Below are positions 63,078 through 64,000 of a stretch of DNA of 64,000 nucleotides, one piece after another. Under the pieces are notes generated by a model. That model was not told where the DNA came from, ran no database searches, and saw only the letters and a list, made by a program, of their open reading frames with translations. The stretch's first letter is position 1. Every line of letters begins with the position of its first letter. The position numbers were made by a program, and so were the translations under genes. The DNA is from an uncultured delta proteobacterium. GTDB lineage: Bacteria > Desulfobacterota > Binatia > UBA9968. Location of the stretch: NCBI GenBank assembly GCA_963760795.1, contig CAVXEP010000007.1:32001-96000 (forward strand), read 5' to 3'.

Positions 63078-64000
63078 ATGAAGCGCTGGCCAATAATCGT
63101 CCTCGCCGTGATCACGACCATCGCCGTCGCCGTCGGTGTCGCCTACCACATCGGAGCAAAGTTACTCCAGGAAAAAATCGTCGAAGCCCTGGGTCCCCGC
63201 AGCCGCGTCGCCGCGCTCAAGGTCAATTGGTTCACCGTCGAGCTTTTGGGTCTCAGGATCGACGCCCCCAAAGGTTGGCCGGCGGTGCGCACGTTGGAGG
63301 CCGAGCGGGTGACCATCGTTCCCGACCTGCGCAGTCTCTTGTCCGATAAAATCCGCATATCCTCCATCGTCGTCCAGCGGCCTTATCTCTCCATGCTGCG
63401 CATCCCAGGGAAACTCCGCATGGTTCCCAGTCTGACCGAAGACAATACACCCTCGCAGCCGGGACCGGACAACCGCCGTGCGGTGACGATCTCGACCATC
63501 GAGCTTAAGGACGGCAGCCTGGAGCTTTTTGACGCCACGGTGAGCCGACCGCCGCTGAAAATCACCATGGAACGGATCGACGCGACGATTCGTGACGTAG
63601 CCGCACCCGCTGCTGAGAAAACCCGCTTCGAGCTCACTGGGACCATCAAAGGAATCATCCGCGACGGGCGGGCCAGACTCAGCGGCTGGGTCGGTCCGAG
63701 CGCGCGGAACTCGTCATCGCGCATCGCACTCGCCGGGGTCGACATGATTGCGATCCAACCCTATCTGGTCAAAAAGCACGAGGCGCGGATTGTCAGAGGA
63801 TCTCTCGATCTGCGTCTCGACTCCGAAGTGCGCAACAATCAACTCGACGGCAAGGGCAAGATCATCATCAAAGACCTGGAACTTGCCCGGTCCCAGGGCT
63901 TCTTCGACACCTTCATGGGGCTGCCGCGCACCGCCGTTATCGGCTTTCTCAAAGACCATAACAACGCCATCGATGTCGCCTTCACTGTCCAGGGCGACAC
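63078..64000 (+). CDS. DUF748/AsmA-like protein (runs off the window end)
   Basis: My translation from ATG 63078 gives MKRWPIIVLAVITTIAVAVGVAY (TM) followed by beta-rich ERVTIVPDLRSLLS..IRISSIVVQRP, IELKDGSLELFD, IQPYL; missing from the ORF track because no stop occurs in the window. Confidence 0.75.
   Translation, partial: MKRWPIIVLAVITTIAVAVGVAYHIGAKLLQEKIVEALGPRSRVAALKVNWFTVELLGLRIDAPKGWPAVRTLEAERVTIVPDLRSLLSDKIRISSIVVQRPYLSMLRIPGKLRMVPSLTEDNTPSQPGPDNRRAVTISTIELKDGSLELFDATVSRPPLKITMERIDATIRDVAAPAAEKTRFELTGTIKGIIRDGRARLSGWVGPSARNSSSRIALAGVDMIAIQPYLVKKHEARIVRGSLDLRLDSEVRNNQLDGKGKIIIKDLELARSQGFFDTFMGLPRTAVIGFLKDHNNAIDVAFTVQGD

Overview
A GC-rich bacterial window of about 60 genes devoted almost entirely to small-molecule uptake and catabolism. 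It holds a tandem array of 4 (probably 5) MFS paralogues and about 14 periplasmic binding proteins (NMT1/SsuA-like, Fe/polyamine-type and Bug/TctC) but only one ABC permease plus ATPase. The enzymes include 3 luciferase-like (LLM) oxidoreductases, a Rieske oxygenase, 2 amidohydrolases, 4 alpha/beta hydrolases, 2 M24-fold proteins, 2 OCD/mu-crystallin proteins, 2 VOC proteins, 2 MBL-fold proteins and MsrP; MscS is also present. This gene mix resembles Candidatus Binatia/Binatota-type Deltaproteobacteria (inference only). I saw no rRNA, tRNA, CRISPR array, transposase or transcriptional regulator. Many genes carry single-base frameshifts, densest at 35.9-46.5 kb; these look like long-read consensus errors. 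The most striking unexplained signal is non-coding. Many intergenic gaps contain foldback elements built from short 7-9 nt tandem units in inverted arms, in several sequence families and often with a shared TCGGA/TCCGA motif. GTAG- and CGTC-type REP palindromes, an oriented composite 3'-end element and one nested repeat mosaic also occur. Several enzymes show conserved active-site substitutions that suggest new chemistry.
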